Assembly (NCBI GenBank): GCA_019311105.1
Contig: JAFDDA010000018.1
Span: 14,250 to 78,249 of the forward strand
Reading direction: 5' to 3'
Length of the DNA stretch: 64,000 nt
DNA from: Deltaproteobacteria bacterium
GTDB taxonomy: Bacteria > Myxococcota_A > UBA9160 > JAFDDA01
Shown one piece after another: positions 37,406 through 50,399 of the stretch. How positions within the stretch are numbered: the stretch's first letter is position 1; every line of letters starts with the position of its first letter. The position numbers were made by a program, and so were the translations under genes. The notes below the pieces were generated by a model that saw nothing but the letters and a program-made list of their open reading frames with translations, was not told the DNA's origin and ran no database searches.

Positions 37406-38940
37406 GGCAGATCGGCGCCGCGGCGTTGCTGCTCTCGGGCAGCATCGTGGCATCGCTGTTGCTCGGCTTCGTGCGCGAGGCCGTGCTGGCCTACCAGGTC
37501 GGCGCCGGCGCCGAGACCGACGCCTACAAGGCGGCATTCCAGATCCCCGACTGGATCAACTACATGCTCGCGGGCGGGGCGCTCTCGGTCGCCTTCATTC
37601 CGCTCTATACCCGGCGGCTCGAAGAGAGCGAGGAGGCGGCCGAGCGGCTCGTCGGCGTCGTGCTCGGCACGGCATTCGTGGCGGTCACCGTGCTGACCGC
37701 CTTGCTCTGGTGGCAGACGCCCGCGTTGGTCGATCGTGCGTTTGGCGGCTTCGATGCCGAGACGCGCGCGCTGACGAGCCGCCTCACGCGGATCGTGCTG
37801 CCGGCTCAGATCTTCATCGTGGTGGGAAGCATCTTGCGCGGCGTCCTGATGGCGCGTGGCAGCTTCGCCTCCCAGGCGGCGGCGCCCCTCCTCTACAACC
37901 TCTCGATCATCGCCGGCGGCCTGCTGCTCGCGCCGCGCATGGGGATCGAGGGCTTCTCCTGGGGGTGCCTGGTCGGCGCGGTGGTCGGGCCCTTCCTGCT
38001 GCCGCTGTGGGACGTGTTGCGGCGGGGCTTCCGCCTCCGGATGCGCTTCTCGCTCCGCGACCGCGACTTCCTCCAGTACGTGGCCCTCGCGGCGCCCCTG
38101 ACCCTCGGCGTGACGCTGCTGACCGTGGACGAGTGGTACGACCGGCTGGTGGGCAACCATCTGGCCGAGGGCACGATCGCGCTGCTCTTCTATGCACGGT
38201 TGTTGATGCAGGTCCCGATCCGGGTCGTCGGGCAGGCGACGGCAACGGCCGCGATGCCGACCCTTTCGCGCTTGTTCACCGAGGGGGATGTCAGCGGCTT
38301 GAATCGCATCCTGCTCGACACGTTGCGGGTGGCGGTCGGGGTGGCCGTGCTCGCCGCGACCGGGCTGGCGGTGCTGGCCGAGCCGGTGGTGAGGCTCGTC
38401 TACGAGCGCGGTGCGTTCGGGGCCGAGGACAGCGCGAACGTCGTGGTGATCCTGCGCATCATGACCCTCGCCGTGCCGGCGTGGGTGATCCAGCAGATCG
38501 CCGTGCGCGGCTTCTACGCCCGGGCCCAGATGTGGAGCCCGATGATTCTCGGCACCGTCGTGGCCTTGCTCGCGATCCCGCTCTACGTCGCTCTCGGTCG
38601 CGAGTCGGGCGCCGAGGGGCTGGCGGCGGCCGGGGTCTTTGCGATCTGGGCGAACGCGTTGGCGACCCTCGCGCTGGGGCGCAGCCTGCATCGTGCGCCG
38701 GAGTTCGCGGCCCTGGCGGCCTCCTTCGCCCGGGCCGCCTTGATCGCGGTGGCCGCGGGCGCCGCGGCGGCGTGGGTTCCAGCGGGTGAACCCAGCATGC
38801 TCGGTGCGCTGGCCCAACTGGGGCTCGGGGGCGCGGTGTTTGGCGTCATCACGGGGCTGGGCATCCTGACCGTGGGCGACGCGCCGCTCCGCGGCGCGAT
38901 GCTGCGTTTCGTTCCGGGCCGTTCGGCGGGTGCGGGTTGA
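37387..38940 (+). CDS. murJ: Lipid II flippase MurJ (MviN)
   Basis: LLGFVRE, TDAYKAAFQIPD, GGALSVAFIP, YARLLMQVP, LVYERGAF, RGFYAR; many TMs. Confidence 0.9.
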   Translation: MSEGGRRQIGAAALLLSGSIVASLLLGFVREAVLAYQVGAGAETDAYKAAFQIPDWINYMLAGGALSVAFIPLYTRRLEESEEAAERLVGVVLGTAFVAVTVLTALLWWQTPALVDRAFGGFDAETRALTSRLTRIVLPAQIFIVVGSILRGVLMARGSFASQAAAPLLYNLSIIAGGLLLAPRMGIEGFSWGCLVGAVVGPFLLPLWDVLRRGFRLRMRFSLRDRDFLQYVALAAPLTLGVTLLTVDEWYDRLVGNHLAEGTIALLFYARLLMQVPIRVVGQATATAAMPTLSRLFTEGDVSGLNRILLDTLRVAVGVAVLAATGLAVLAEPVVRLVYERGAFGAEDSANVVVILRIMTLAVPAWVIQQIAVRGFYARAQMWSPMILGTVVALLAIPLYVALGRESGAEGLAAAGVFAIWANALATLALGRSLHRAPEFAALAASFARAALIAVAAGAAAAWVPAGEPSMLGALAQLGLGGAVFGVITGLGILTVGDAPLRGAMLRFVPGRSAGAG

Positions 38941-38959
38941 GCGCGGTCGGGGGCGAGAC

Positions 38960-42631
<3,672 letters not shown>

Positions 42632-42673
42632 AGCCTTCGCGTCTCGGGGCGCCCGACGCGCGCCGACACACCC

Positions 42674-42702
42674 TTGCCGCGTCGAGCTTCGCGTTCTAGC
42701 TT
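42674..42702 (+). promoter_or_regulatory. Putative sigma70 promoter of tRNA-Lys
   Basis: TTGCCG, 17 nt, TAGCTT just upstream of the tRNA. Confidence 0.45.
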
Positions 42703-42708
42703 GCACCT

Positions 42709-42784
42709 GGGCGCGTAGCTCAATTGGCAGAGCAAGTGGCTCTTAACCACTAGGTTCGGGGTTCGATTCCCCGCGCGCTCACCA
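42709..42784 (+). tRNA. tRNA-Lys (CTT)
   Basis: GGGCGCG/CGCGCTC acceptor stem, AGTGG-CT CTT AA-CCACT anticodon arm, GGTTCGATTCC, CCA end; 76 nt. Confidence 0.96.
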
Positions 42785-42793
42785 GCCCAATCC

Positions 42794-44200
42794 ATGACGG
42801 CAACCCCACTTCAAGGTTTCCGACGCTCGAGATCCCGGCCCGCTTCGGCCGTCGTCGCCGCAGCGTTGGCCGCCTTGGTGTGCGTTTCGGCCTTGGTTTC
42901 GGCCTCGGGTTGCGGCTCGGAGCCCGCCGATGCCCTGCGCGGCGTCGTGCTCGTCTCGGTGGACACGCTTCGCCCAGATCACCTCGGCGCCTATGGGCAC
43001 CCGCGCCCGACTTCACCTGCGCTCGACCAGTGGGCCTCCGAGGGCACCCTGTTCGAACACGCGATGTCGGTTTCGCCGTGGACCCTCCCGGCACACGCTT
43101 CGCTCTTGACCGGCCTCTACCCGCGCCGTCACGGAGTCTTGACCTCGCGACAGCGGCTGGCGGCCACGACCCCGACGCTGGCCCAGCGGTTTCGCTCGAT
43201 GGGCTTTCGTACCGCGGGCATCGTCAACTCGGTCTACCTGGGCTCGCGCTTCGGGTTGGGGCGAGGCTTCGAGGAGTTCCAGAACCTGCCCACGCCCGGG
43301 CGCGCCCCCTCGCAGGTCGTCGCGTCGGGTCTCGCCTGGCTCCGCACGCTGCCCGAGGACGGCGCACCGTTCTTCCTCTTCCTGCACCTCTACGACGTCC
43401 ACAGTGACTACCACTCGTTGCCGGAGTTCGAGCGGGCCTTCGTCGGCTCCTATCTCGGCGGAGTCGACGGCAGCACGGGTCAACTCCAGGAGGTGATGCG
43501 GGGCGAGCGCCAGCTCACGCCCGAAGACCGCGGGCACCTGACCGACCTCTACGACGCAGGGATCCGTCAGGCCGACGCAGAACTCGGTCGCTTGGGCGAG
43601 GCGCTGGAAGCGCGGGGCTGGCTGGACCGCACGATCGTGGCCGTCACGTCGGACCACGGCGAGGAGTTCCTGGAGCACGGAGGCGTGCTGCATGCGCGAA
43701 GCCACTATGACGAGCTGCTGCGAATCCCGTTGGTCCTGCGCGGGCCCGGGGTTCCGGCCGGTGTACGGGTGGAGCGGCCGGTCTCGATCGTCGACGTGAT
43801 GCCGACCCTGCTCGCGCTGGCCGGCGCCGCACCCGGCGACGTGGAGGGGCTCGACTTGAGCGTGTTGTGGGGGGCGAGCGCGGACGGGGCCAGCCTCGAC
43901 CGCGATCTCTTTGCGCAAGGAGACCACGGGGGCGAGCGCCCGGACCGTCTGCGTTCGGTTCGCAGCCCACGCCACAAGTTGATCGAGGATGTCGCTTCGG
44001 GCCGCCGCGAGCTCTACGACCTCGAGAGCGACCCGGCCGAAGCGCACGAGATTTCGGCGGTGGAGCCCGAAGTCGCGGCCGAACTCGCAGCTCGCCTCGA
44101 AGCCTTCCACGGTGGGGCTGTGCCGGCCGCTGCCGATGCCGCGCTCCCGTTGGATCCCGAGAGCGCAGAGCAACTCCGCGCGCTCGGCTACGCGGAGTAG
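42794..44200 (+). CDS. Sulfatase-like hydrolase (alkaline phosphatase superfamily), probable lipoprotein
   Basis: VSVDTLRPDHL, SPWTLPAHASLLTG, TSDHGEEF, ELYDLESDP, EQLRALGY. Confidence 0.88.
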   Translation: MTATPLQGFRRSRSRPASAVVAAALAALVCVSALVSASGCGSEPADALRGVVLVSVDTLRPDHLGAYGHPRPTSPALDQWASEGTLFEHAMSVSPWTLPAHASLLTGLYPRRHGVLTSRQRLAATTPTLAQRFRSMGFRTAGIVNSVYLGSRFGLGRGFEEFQNLPTPGRAPSQVVASGLAWLRTLPEDGAPFFLFLHLYDVHSDYHSLPEFERAFVGSYLGGVDGSTGQLQEVMRGERQLTPEDRGHLTDLYDAGIRQADAELGRLGEALEARGWLDRTIVAVTSDHGEEFLEHGGVLHARSHYDELLRIPLVLRGPGVPAGVRVERPVSIVDVMPTLLALAGAAPGDVEGLDLSVLWGASADGASLDRDLFAQGDHGGERPDRLRSVRSPRHKLIEDVASGRRELYDLESDPAEAHEISAVEPEVAAELAARLEAFHGGAVPAAADAALPLDPESAEQLRALGYAE

Positions 44201-44208
44201 GGGAGGGG

Positions 44209-44841
44209 CTAGCGGAGGGCCGAGTCGCCGTAGGTGCCCCGCACCCACAGGTCGCAGAGCTGGTCGAGGTCCTCTTCCCCGATCGCACGGTCTGCGGTGA
44301 GCCATTCGTCCGCGAAGCCCTCCGCCATGACCACGAAGGCCGAGGCCGCCATCCGCGGGTTCACGCCCGGCGCCAACAGCTCGCGCGCGCCGTCCTGCAT
44401 CAGGAGGTCGGCAATGGCGTCGATGATCGATTGGCGCACTCGGCTGCGGACCTCTTCGACCTCGGGGTAGACGCCTTCGGCCTGGCGCCAGGTCCGCACC
44501 ACATCCCAGTCGCGGCTGTAGGCTCGGACGAAGGCCCCCAGGCGTTCTCGCACCACGCCGCGAAGCCCGCCGGCCACCCCCACGGGGGGCGAGACGGCCG
44601 TGCCGTAGAGGGTGCGGGCCACGTCCTGGGTGAGGCCCACGAGGATGTCCTTCTTGTCCTGGAAGTAGCGGTAGAACGTGCCGTGGCTCACGCCGGCGTG
44701 CTCGACGATGTCGTCCACGCGGGTGTGGACGAAGCCGAGCTTGCCGAATGCCTCGCGGGCGGCCTGGAGCAGGCGCTGGCGGGTGACTTCGGCGGAGCGA
44801 CGCCCCGGCAGGGCGCCTTCGGGCGGGGGGGCGGAACCCAT
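44209..44841 (-). CDS. TetR/AcrR family transcriptional regulator
   Basis: TRQRLLQAA...TRVDDIVEHAGVSHGTFYRYFQDKKDI helix-turn-helix; start uncertain (44841 or 44928). Confidence 0.9.
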   Translation of the reverse strand: MGSAPPPEGALPGRRSAEVTRQRLLQAAREAFGKLGFVHTRVDDIVEHAGVSHGTFYRYFQDKKDILVGLTQDVARTLYGTAVSPPVGVAGGLRGVVRERLGAFVRAYSRDWDVVRTWRQAEGVYPEVEEVRSRVRQSIIDAIADLLMQDGARELLAPGVNPRMAASAFVVMAEGFADEWLTADRAIGEEDLDQLCDLWVRGTYGDSALR

Positions 44842-44882
44842 GGCGGGTCTCAGCCTACCAGCTTCGCCTCGGGTCCGCGTTT

Positions 44883-44982
44883 GTGACGTTCGTGTCACTT
44901 TCTTCCCAGGTCGGCTCGGATCCGCCATCGCTTGACGCTCCAGGGTGGATTGGCTAGAAAATGACACAGACGTCATTGTCAT
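44883..44982. promoter_or_regulatory. Divergent promoter region with two TGAC-N6-GTCA palindromes and a sigma70-like promoter
   Basis: gTGACgttcgtGTCAc 44883-44898; TTGACG(44932)-17 nt-TAGAAA(44955); aaTGACacagacGTCAtt 44960-44977. Confidence 0.6.
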
Positions 44983-45128
44983 TCAAGGCGCAAATCAGTA
45001 CAGAATCGGAACAGAACGAACCCGGGGAATGGATACGTTCCCAGGCAGGTTCTCGGGCCCGCGGCAGCTGCCAGCGGGCCTTCGCACGAGCGGTTGCCAC
45101 GGAGCGTGGCGACCTCGGGAGGGATCGG

Positions 45129-46079
45129 GTGCATCGCTTCGAAGGCCACGAGTGGGCGGTCGTGCTGGGTGGGTCGAGTGGCTTTGGCCTCGCGACGGCC
45201 TCGGTGCTGGCCGAGCACGGAATGAACCTGTGTCTCGTGCACCGCGACCGGCGGGGTGCTCTCGCGCGCATCGAGCCCGAATTCGAGAAGCTGCGGGGCT
45301 ACGGCGTCGAGGTTCGCACCTTCAACACGGATGCCCTGGCCGCCGACAAGCGCGGCGAGATCCTCGACTCCCTGGCCGAGGCGCTGGGGGAGAACGGGCG
45401 CGTTCGCGTCCTGCTCCACTCGATTGCCTTCGGGAACCTCAAGCTCGTGGCACCCGAGCGCCGCCGCGACGGCAGCGAGCGGGCGCGCTCGGCCCTCGCG
45501 GCCTCGCTCGGCATCGACGAGGCGAAGCTCAGCGAGGCCGCCGATGCGCTACTTGCCGAAGGCCACGACGCGCTCGTCGGGATCGCCACGCCGCCGGTCT
45601 ACAGCGACAAGAACTTCCTCGAGGCGGAGGACTTCAGCAACACGATTCACGCGATGGGGACGAGCCTGCTCGACTGGACGCAAGACCTGCTGGCGCGCGG
45701 CCAGTTCGCGGAAGATGCCCGGGTGTTCGGCTTGACCAGCGAGGGCAACACCGTGGCGTGGAAGGGTTATGCCGCCGTCGCGGCGGCCAAGGTCGCCCTC
45801 GAATCCGTGGCCCGCTCGATCGCCGTGGAGCTCGCGCCCTACGGCGTCCGCTGCAACGTCATCCAGGCCGGCGTGACCGAGACGCCGGCCCTGGCCGCGA
45901 TCCCGGGGAGCGGCCATCTCAAGGCCCAGGCCAGGGCGCGCAACCCCTTCGGGCGGCTCACGACGCCGCGCGACGTGGCGCGGGTGATCTACCTGCTGTC
46001 CTGCGACGAGGCCGCCTGGATCAACGGCGAAGTGATCCGGGTCGATGGCGGCGAGCACGTCTCCGGGGTGACCGGATGA
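45129..46079 (+). CDS. Enoyl-ACP reductase-like SDR (FabL/FabI type)
   Basis: LGGSSGFG, Y-x6-K (YAAVAAAK), NVIQAGVTETPAL, NPFGRLTTPRDVA. Confidence 0.8.
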   Translation: MHRFEGHEWAVVLGGSSGFGLATASVLAEHGMNLCLVHRDRRGALARIEPEFEKLRGYGVEVRTFNTDALAADKRGEILDSLAEALGENGRVRVLLHSIAFGNLKLVAPERRRDGSERARSALAASLGIDEAKLSEAADALLAEGHDALVGIATPPVYSDKNFLEAEDFSNTIHAMGTSLLDWTQDLLARGQFAEDARVFGLTSEGNTVAWKGYAAVAAAKVALESVARSIAVELAPYGVRCNVIQAGVTETPALAAIPGSGHLKAQARARNPFGRLTTPRDVARVIYLLSCDEAAWINGEVIRVDGGEHVSGVTG

Positions 46080-47089
46080 CACTGCACCTGCACGGGTTGG
46101 GCCACGCCCACCCCGAAAACGAGATCGACAACCGCTTGCTCGAGAGCCTCGAGATCGGGACGGACGACGCCTGGATCGTCGAGCGGACGGGCATCCGCTC
46201 GCGCCGCACGGTGCTCGACCTCGAGTACATCCGGGCCACCCGCAATCGAGACGTGCGCGCCGCGCGCGAGGCCCAGACGATCACGGCCGGCGAACTCGGG
46301 CGACGGGCCGCCGAGCTGGCCCTGGCCCGCGCCGGCCTCACGGCATCCGATATCGGCTGGGTCGTGGCGGGCAGCTCCGCCCCCGAGCGGCCGACCCCCG
46401 CGCTGGCGGGCTCCGTCGCTGGGGCCATGGGCGTCGAGGTGCCTGTCTTCGACTTGAACTCGGCGTGCACGAGCTTTCTCGTCCAGCTCCACATGATGGC
46501 GGCGCTGCGCGACGACGCGGCACCCCGCTACGTCCTGCTGGTCGTGCCCGAGTTGATGACCCCGGTCGTGGACTATGACGATCGCACGACCGCGGTGCTC
46601 TGGGGCGATGGCGCGGCCGCGGCCGTGGTCTCGCTGACCGAGCCCGGTGTCGCCACCATCGAGAGCACGGAGATCGCCTCTTCGCCAGCCGGTGCCGACA
46701 AGGTCGTGATCCCACGGGCGGGCTACTTCGGTCAGGAGGGACGCCAGGTCCAGGTCTTCGCCATTCGCAAGACGCTCGAGGGCTGGGCCCGTCTGCGCGA
46801 GTACGCGGAGCAGGCCGGGCCGGAGCGTGCGCACCACTTCGTGGGACATCAGGCGAACCTGCGGGTCCTGGAGAACGTCTGTGAGCGTGGAGAGATCGCC
46901 GCCGACCGCCACCATCACAACGTCGAGTGGTTCGGCAACACCGCTGCCGCGAGCGCGCCGAGCGTGATGTCCCAGAACTGGGAGAAGTGGGCGGCCGACG
47001 ACGACGTCGCCATGGTGGGCGTCGGAGCGGGCCTGACCTGGGGGAGTGCGCTGGTGCGCTTCACGAAGACGGTGGGAGTGCAGTCGTGA
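46076..47089 (+). CDS. fabH: 3-oxoacyl-ACP synthase III (FabH-like)
   Basis: WIVERTGIRSRR, SACTSF (Cys), GDGAAA, HQANLR (His), GNT (Asn), GAGLTWG. Confidence 0.88.
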   Translation: MTLHLHGLGHAHPENEIDNRLLESLEIGTDDAWIVERTGIRSRRTVLDLEYIRATRNRDVRAAREAQTITAGELGRRAAELALARAGLTASDIGWVVAGSSAPERPTPALAGSVAGAMGVEVPVFDLNSACTSFLVQLHMMAALRDDAAPRYVLLVVPELMTPVVDYDDRTTAVLWGDGAAAAVVSLTEPGVATIESTEIASSPAGADKVVIPRAGYFGQEGRQVQVFAIRKTLEGWARLREYAEQAGPERAHHFVGHQANLRVLENVCERGEIAADRHHHNVEWFGNTAAASAPSVMSQNWEKWAADDDVAMVGVGAGLTWGSALVRFTKTVGVQS

Positions 47090-47673
47090 AGTACGTCGAT
47101 TTCCTCGCGCGCGAACGGTTCGAGCAGGAAGAGCTGCTCGCCTTCGGGCACGGGACCCTGGTGGACGACCCGCCCGAGCACTTCGAGGCGCGCCTGCCCG
47201 TGCCGCCCATGCTGATGCTCGACCGCGTGACGGAGCTGCGCCGGGAGGGCCCGCGCGGCCGGATCGTGGGCGAGCGCGACGTGCGCCTCGACGACTGGTT
47301 CTTCCAGTGCCACTTCATCGGCGACCCCGTGCAGCCCGGCTGCCTGGGCGTCGACGGCGTCTGGCAGTTGCTCGGCTTCTTCTGCAACTGGGCCGGTGGT
47401 CTCGGCGCGGGCCGCGCCCTCGGCTGCGGCGAGATCGAGTTCTTCGGGCAGATCCGGCCCCACGACGGCGTGGTCCGCTACGAGCTCGATGTCTTGCGCT
47501 ACCGGGAGATGGCGAACTCCGGGGCCTCCATCGCCATCGCCGATGCCACGGTGCTCGTCGACGACGAGGCCGTCTACACGATCCAGCGCGCAAAGGTCGG
47601 CCTGTTCCGCGACCTCGTCTACGCCGACTACCCGCGCGCCTCCGAGCGCAGCCGAGGAGGCAAGCTCTCGTGA
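47086..47673 (+). CDS. fabA: 3-hydroxydecanoyl-ACP dehydratase/isomerase
   Basis: LPVPPMLMLDRV, WFFQCHFIGDPVQPGCLGVDGVWQLLGF, GRALGCGE. Confidence 0.92.
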   Translation: MKYVDFLARERFEQEELLAFGHGTLVDDPPEHFEARLPVPPMLMLDRVTELRREGPRGRIVGERDVRLDDWFFQCHFIGDPVQPGCLGVDGVWQLLGFFCNWAGGLGAGRALGCGEIEFFGQIRPHDGVVRYELDVLRYREMANSGASIAIADATVLVDDEAVYTIQRAKVGLFRDLVYADYPRASERSRGGKLS

Positions 47674-48398
47674 GTGACGTGACCCCCATTGCCCTCGTGA
47701 CGGGCGGTGCCAAGGGCATCGGCGCGGCCTGCTGCCGGGCGCTGGCCGGCGAGGGCTTCCGCGTTGCGGTGCACCACCGCAGCAGCGGCGCCGCCGCCGA
47801 AGAACTCGTGGCAAAGCTGCCCGACGCCTTCGGTGTGTGCGCCGACCTCGCCGAACCCGAGGCCATCGACGCCCTCGTGCGAGAGTTGAAGGAGCGCGCC
47901 GGCCGCATCGATGTCCTCGTGAACAACGCCGGCCACAACGTGAACGCACCCATGGCCACCATGAAGCTCGCCGACTACGACGCCGTGCAATCCGTGGCGC
48001 GAGGCACCTGGTACCTGACCAAGCAGGTCGTGCGGCGGTTCATGTTGCGTCAGAGAAGCGGGCGGATCATCCAGATCTCGAGCGTGGTGGGCCATACCGG
48101 GAACCCCGGCCAGATCCCCTACACGATGGTGAAGGCCGGCCTCGACGCCCTGACGAAATCCCTGGGCCAGGAGGTCGCCGAGCGCGGGATCTTCGTGAAC
48201 GCCGTGGCGCCGGGCTTCATCGAGACCGACATGACGGCAGAGCTGCCCGCCGAGGTGCGCGATGCGATCCTCGCCCGGATCCCGCTGGGCCGCATGGGGA
48301 GCCCGGAAGACGTGGCCGAGGCCGTGCGCTGGCTCGCCACCGCGGCGCCCTATGTCCAAGGCAGCGTGCTTCACGTGAACGGGGGCATGCATGGGTAA
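47670..48398 (+). CDS. fabG: 3-oxoacyl-ACP reductase
   Basis: TGGAKGIG, VNNAG, ISSVVG, YTMVK, NAVAPGFIETDMT, IPLGRMG. Confidence 0.9.
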   Translation: MSDVTPIALVTGGAKGIGAACCRALAGEGFRVAVHHRSSGAAAEELVAKLPDAFGVCADLAEPEAIDALVRELKERAGRIDVLVNNAGHNVNAPMATMKLADYDAVQSVARGTWYLTKQVVRRFMLRQRSGRIIQISSVVGHTGNPGQIPYTMVKAGLDALTKSLGQEVAERGIFVNAVAPGFIETDMTAELPAEVRDAILARIPLGRMGSPEDVAEAVRWLATAAPYVQGSVLHVNGGMHG

Positions 48399-48849
48399 GG
48401 AACTCACGCCCGCCGAAGTGCTGGCACTCCTGCCGCAGCAAGACCCGTTTCGCTTTGTCGACGAGATCGTCGAGATCGACGAGGAGCACGTGGTGGCGCT
48501 CCAGTGCTTCCGCCCCGACGCCGACTTCTACCGCGGGCACTTCCCGGGCAACCCCGTGACGCCCGGTGTTCTGTTGATCGAGGCGATGGCCCAGGCGGGC
48601 GTCGTCGCTCAAGGGATCTGGCTCGTGACGCGCGACGGGGGGCCCGAGGCCGCCGAGAAGCTCGTCACGGTCTTTACCGACGCCGACGTGGAGTTCAGTG
48701 GGATCGTTCCGCCGGGCGCACAGGTTCGCATCGAGGGCCACAAAGAGTTCTTCCGACGCAACAAGCTCCGTTCTCGAGTTCAGATGACGCTCGAGGACGG
48801 CAAGGTGGTCTGTTCCGGGACGCTTTCCGGCATGGGAGTTCCGAGATGA
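48391..48849 (+). CDS. fabZ: 3-hydroxyacyl-ACP dehydratase (FabZ family)
   Basis: LPQQDPFRFVD, FYRGHFPGNPVTPGVLLIEAMAQ. Confidence 0.9.
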   Translation: MGKELTPAEVLALLPQQDPFRFVDEIVEIDEEHVVALQCFRPDADFYRGHFPGNPVTPGVLLIEAMAQAGVVAQGIWLVTRDGGPEAAEKLVTVFTDADVEFSGIVPPGAQVRIEGHKEFFRRNKLRSRVQMTLEDGKVVCSGTLSGMGVPR

Positions 48850-50123
48850 GGCGACGCGTGGTCGTGACGGGGATCGGGGTGCTCGCACCCAACGGGAACG
48901 GGGTGGCCGACTTCGAGTTGGCCCTGCGAAAGGGACGCTCGGGCCTGCGCGTGAACGAGGCGATGGTGGAGCACGGCTTCCGCAGCCACGTGGCCGGCGT
49001 GCCCCAGGGCGTGGACGAGCTGGCCGAGGCGACCTTCGAAGAAGACGAGCTGCTCGCCATGAACTCGAGCCACCGCCTCGCTTCGCTGGCCTCCCTCGAA
49101 GCCTGGGCGGATGCGGGGCTCGAACGCCCGGATCGTGGGGACGATCGCGTGGACTGGGATACGGGGGCGATCATCGGAACCGGCATCGGTGGCATGGACA
49201 CGACGGCCGAGCTGGTCGTCCCGTTCGTGAATGCGAACAAGGTGCGCCGGCTCGGTGGCACCGCCGTCGAGCGTGTCATGGCGAGCGGGATCTCGGCGCG
49301 TGTCTCCGGCCAGCTGGCTCTCGGCAACCAGGTCACCACGAACTCGAGCGCCTGCAGCACCGGGAGCGAAGCCATCGTCATGGGGCTCGAGCGCATCCGC
49401 AGCGGCCAGGCCGAGCGCATGCTGTGCGGTGGGGCCGAGGGCGCGTCGCACTACATCTGGGCGGGCTTCGACGCCATGCGAGTGCTCGCGAAGAATTGGA
49501 ACGACCGGCCCGAGGCCGCCTCGCGCCCCATGAGCGCGAGCGCGGGCGGGTTCATCCCGGCGGCGGGCGCGGCGATCGTCCTGATCGAGAGCCTCGACAG
49601 CGCGCTCGAGCGCGGCGCGACCATTCGCGCCGAGGTCTCGGGCGGCTTCGTGAACTGTGGCGGCCACCGTCAGGGGGGCAGCATGACTGCGCCGAACCCC
49701 GAGAGTGTCCGTCGCTGCATCGGCGGCGCCCTTTCCGATGCCAACATCTCGCCCGACGAAGTGGGCGCAATCAACGGCCACCTCACGGCCACCACGGCTG
49801 ACCCGCGCGAGGTGGGAGCCTGGGCGGACGCGCTCGGCCGCGCGCCCGGAGAGCTGCCGCCGATCACGTCGACGAAGTCGATGATCGGGCACGCCCTCGG
49901 TGCTGCCGGCGCCATCGAATCGGTGGCGAGCGTGCTGATGGTCGAAAAGGGCTTCGTCCACCCCTCGCTCAACTGCGAGGACGTGCACCCGGAGATCGAG
50001 CCCCACGCGGCCTCGATCCCCCACGAAATGTTGGCCGCACCCGAGCTGCGCACGCTGGTGAAGGCGGGCTTTGGGTTCGGAGACGTCAACGCTTGTCTGG
50101 TGTTCCAAAAGTGGGACGCCTGA
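48846..50123 (+). CDS. fabF: Beta-ketoacyl-ACP synthase (FabF/FabB family)
   Basis: RRVVVTGIG, SACSTG (Cys), NGHLTAT (His), TKSMIGHALGAAG (His), FGFG. Confidence 0.9.
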   Translation: MRRRVVVTGIGVLAPNGNGVADFELALRKGRSGLRVNEAMVEHGFRSHVAGVPQGVDELAEATFEEDELLAMNSSHRLASLASLEAWADAGLERPDRGDDRVDWDTGAIIGTGIGGMDTTAELVVPFVNANKVRRLGGTAVERVMASGISARVSGQLALGNQVTTNSSACSTGSEAIVMGLERIRSGQAERMLCGGAEGASHYIWAGFDAMRVLAKNWNDRPEAASRPMSASAGGFIPAAGAAIVLIESLDSALERGATIRAEVSGGFVNCGGHRQGGSMTAPNPESVRRCIGGALSDANISPDEVGAINGHLTATTADPREVGAWADALGRAPGELPPITSTKSMIGHALGAAGAIESVASVLMVEKGFVHPSLNCEDVHPEIEPHAASIPHEMLAAPELRTLVKAGFGFGDVNACLVFQKWDA

Positions 50124-50140
50124 ACGAAGGAGAGAATGAG

Positions 50141-50392
50141 ATGGCAACTGAAGCGGAAGTGTTCGAGAGCGTCGTGAAGATCCTGACGCCGTTCGTGAAG
50201 AATCAGGAGGCTCTGGCCAGCGTCAAGAAGGAGACCCACATCCTCGACGACCTGAAGGTCAACTCCTCGCGGCTCGTCGACGTCGTGCTGCAGTTCGAGG
50301 ATACGTTCGACATCGAGGTCGCCGACGACGACATCGACGCCGTCGAGACGGTGGGCAACTGCGTCTCGCTGATCCTCGCGAAGGTGGGCTAG
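50141..50392 (+). CDS. Acyl carrier protein (NS-type attachment motif)
   Basis: Acidic 83 aa; DDLKVNSSRLVDVVLQFEDTFDIEV; AAGGAG upstream. Confidence 0.88.
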   Translation: MATEAEVFESVVKILTPFVKNQEALASVKKETHILDDLKVNSSRLVDVVLQFEDTFDIEVADDDIDAVETVGNCVSLILAKVG

Positions 50393-50399
50393 GGCCGAC

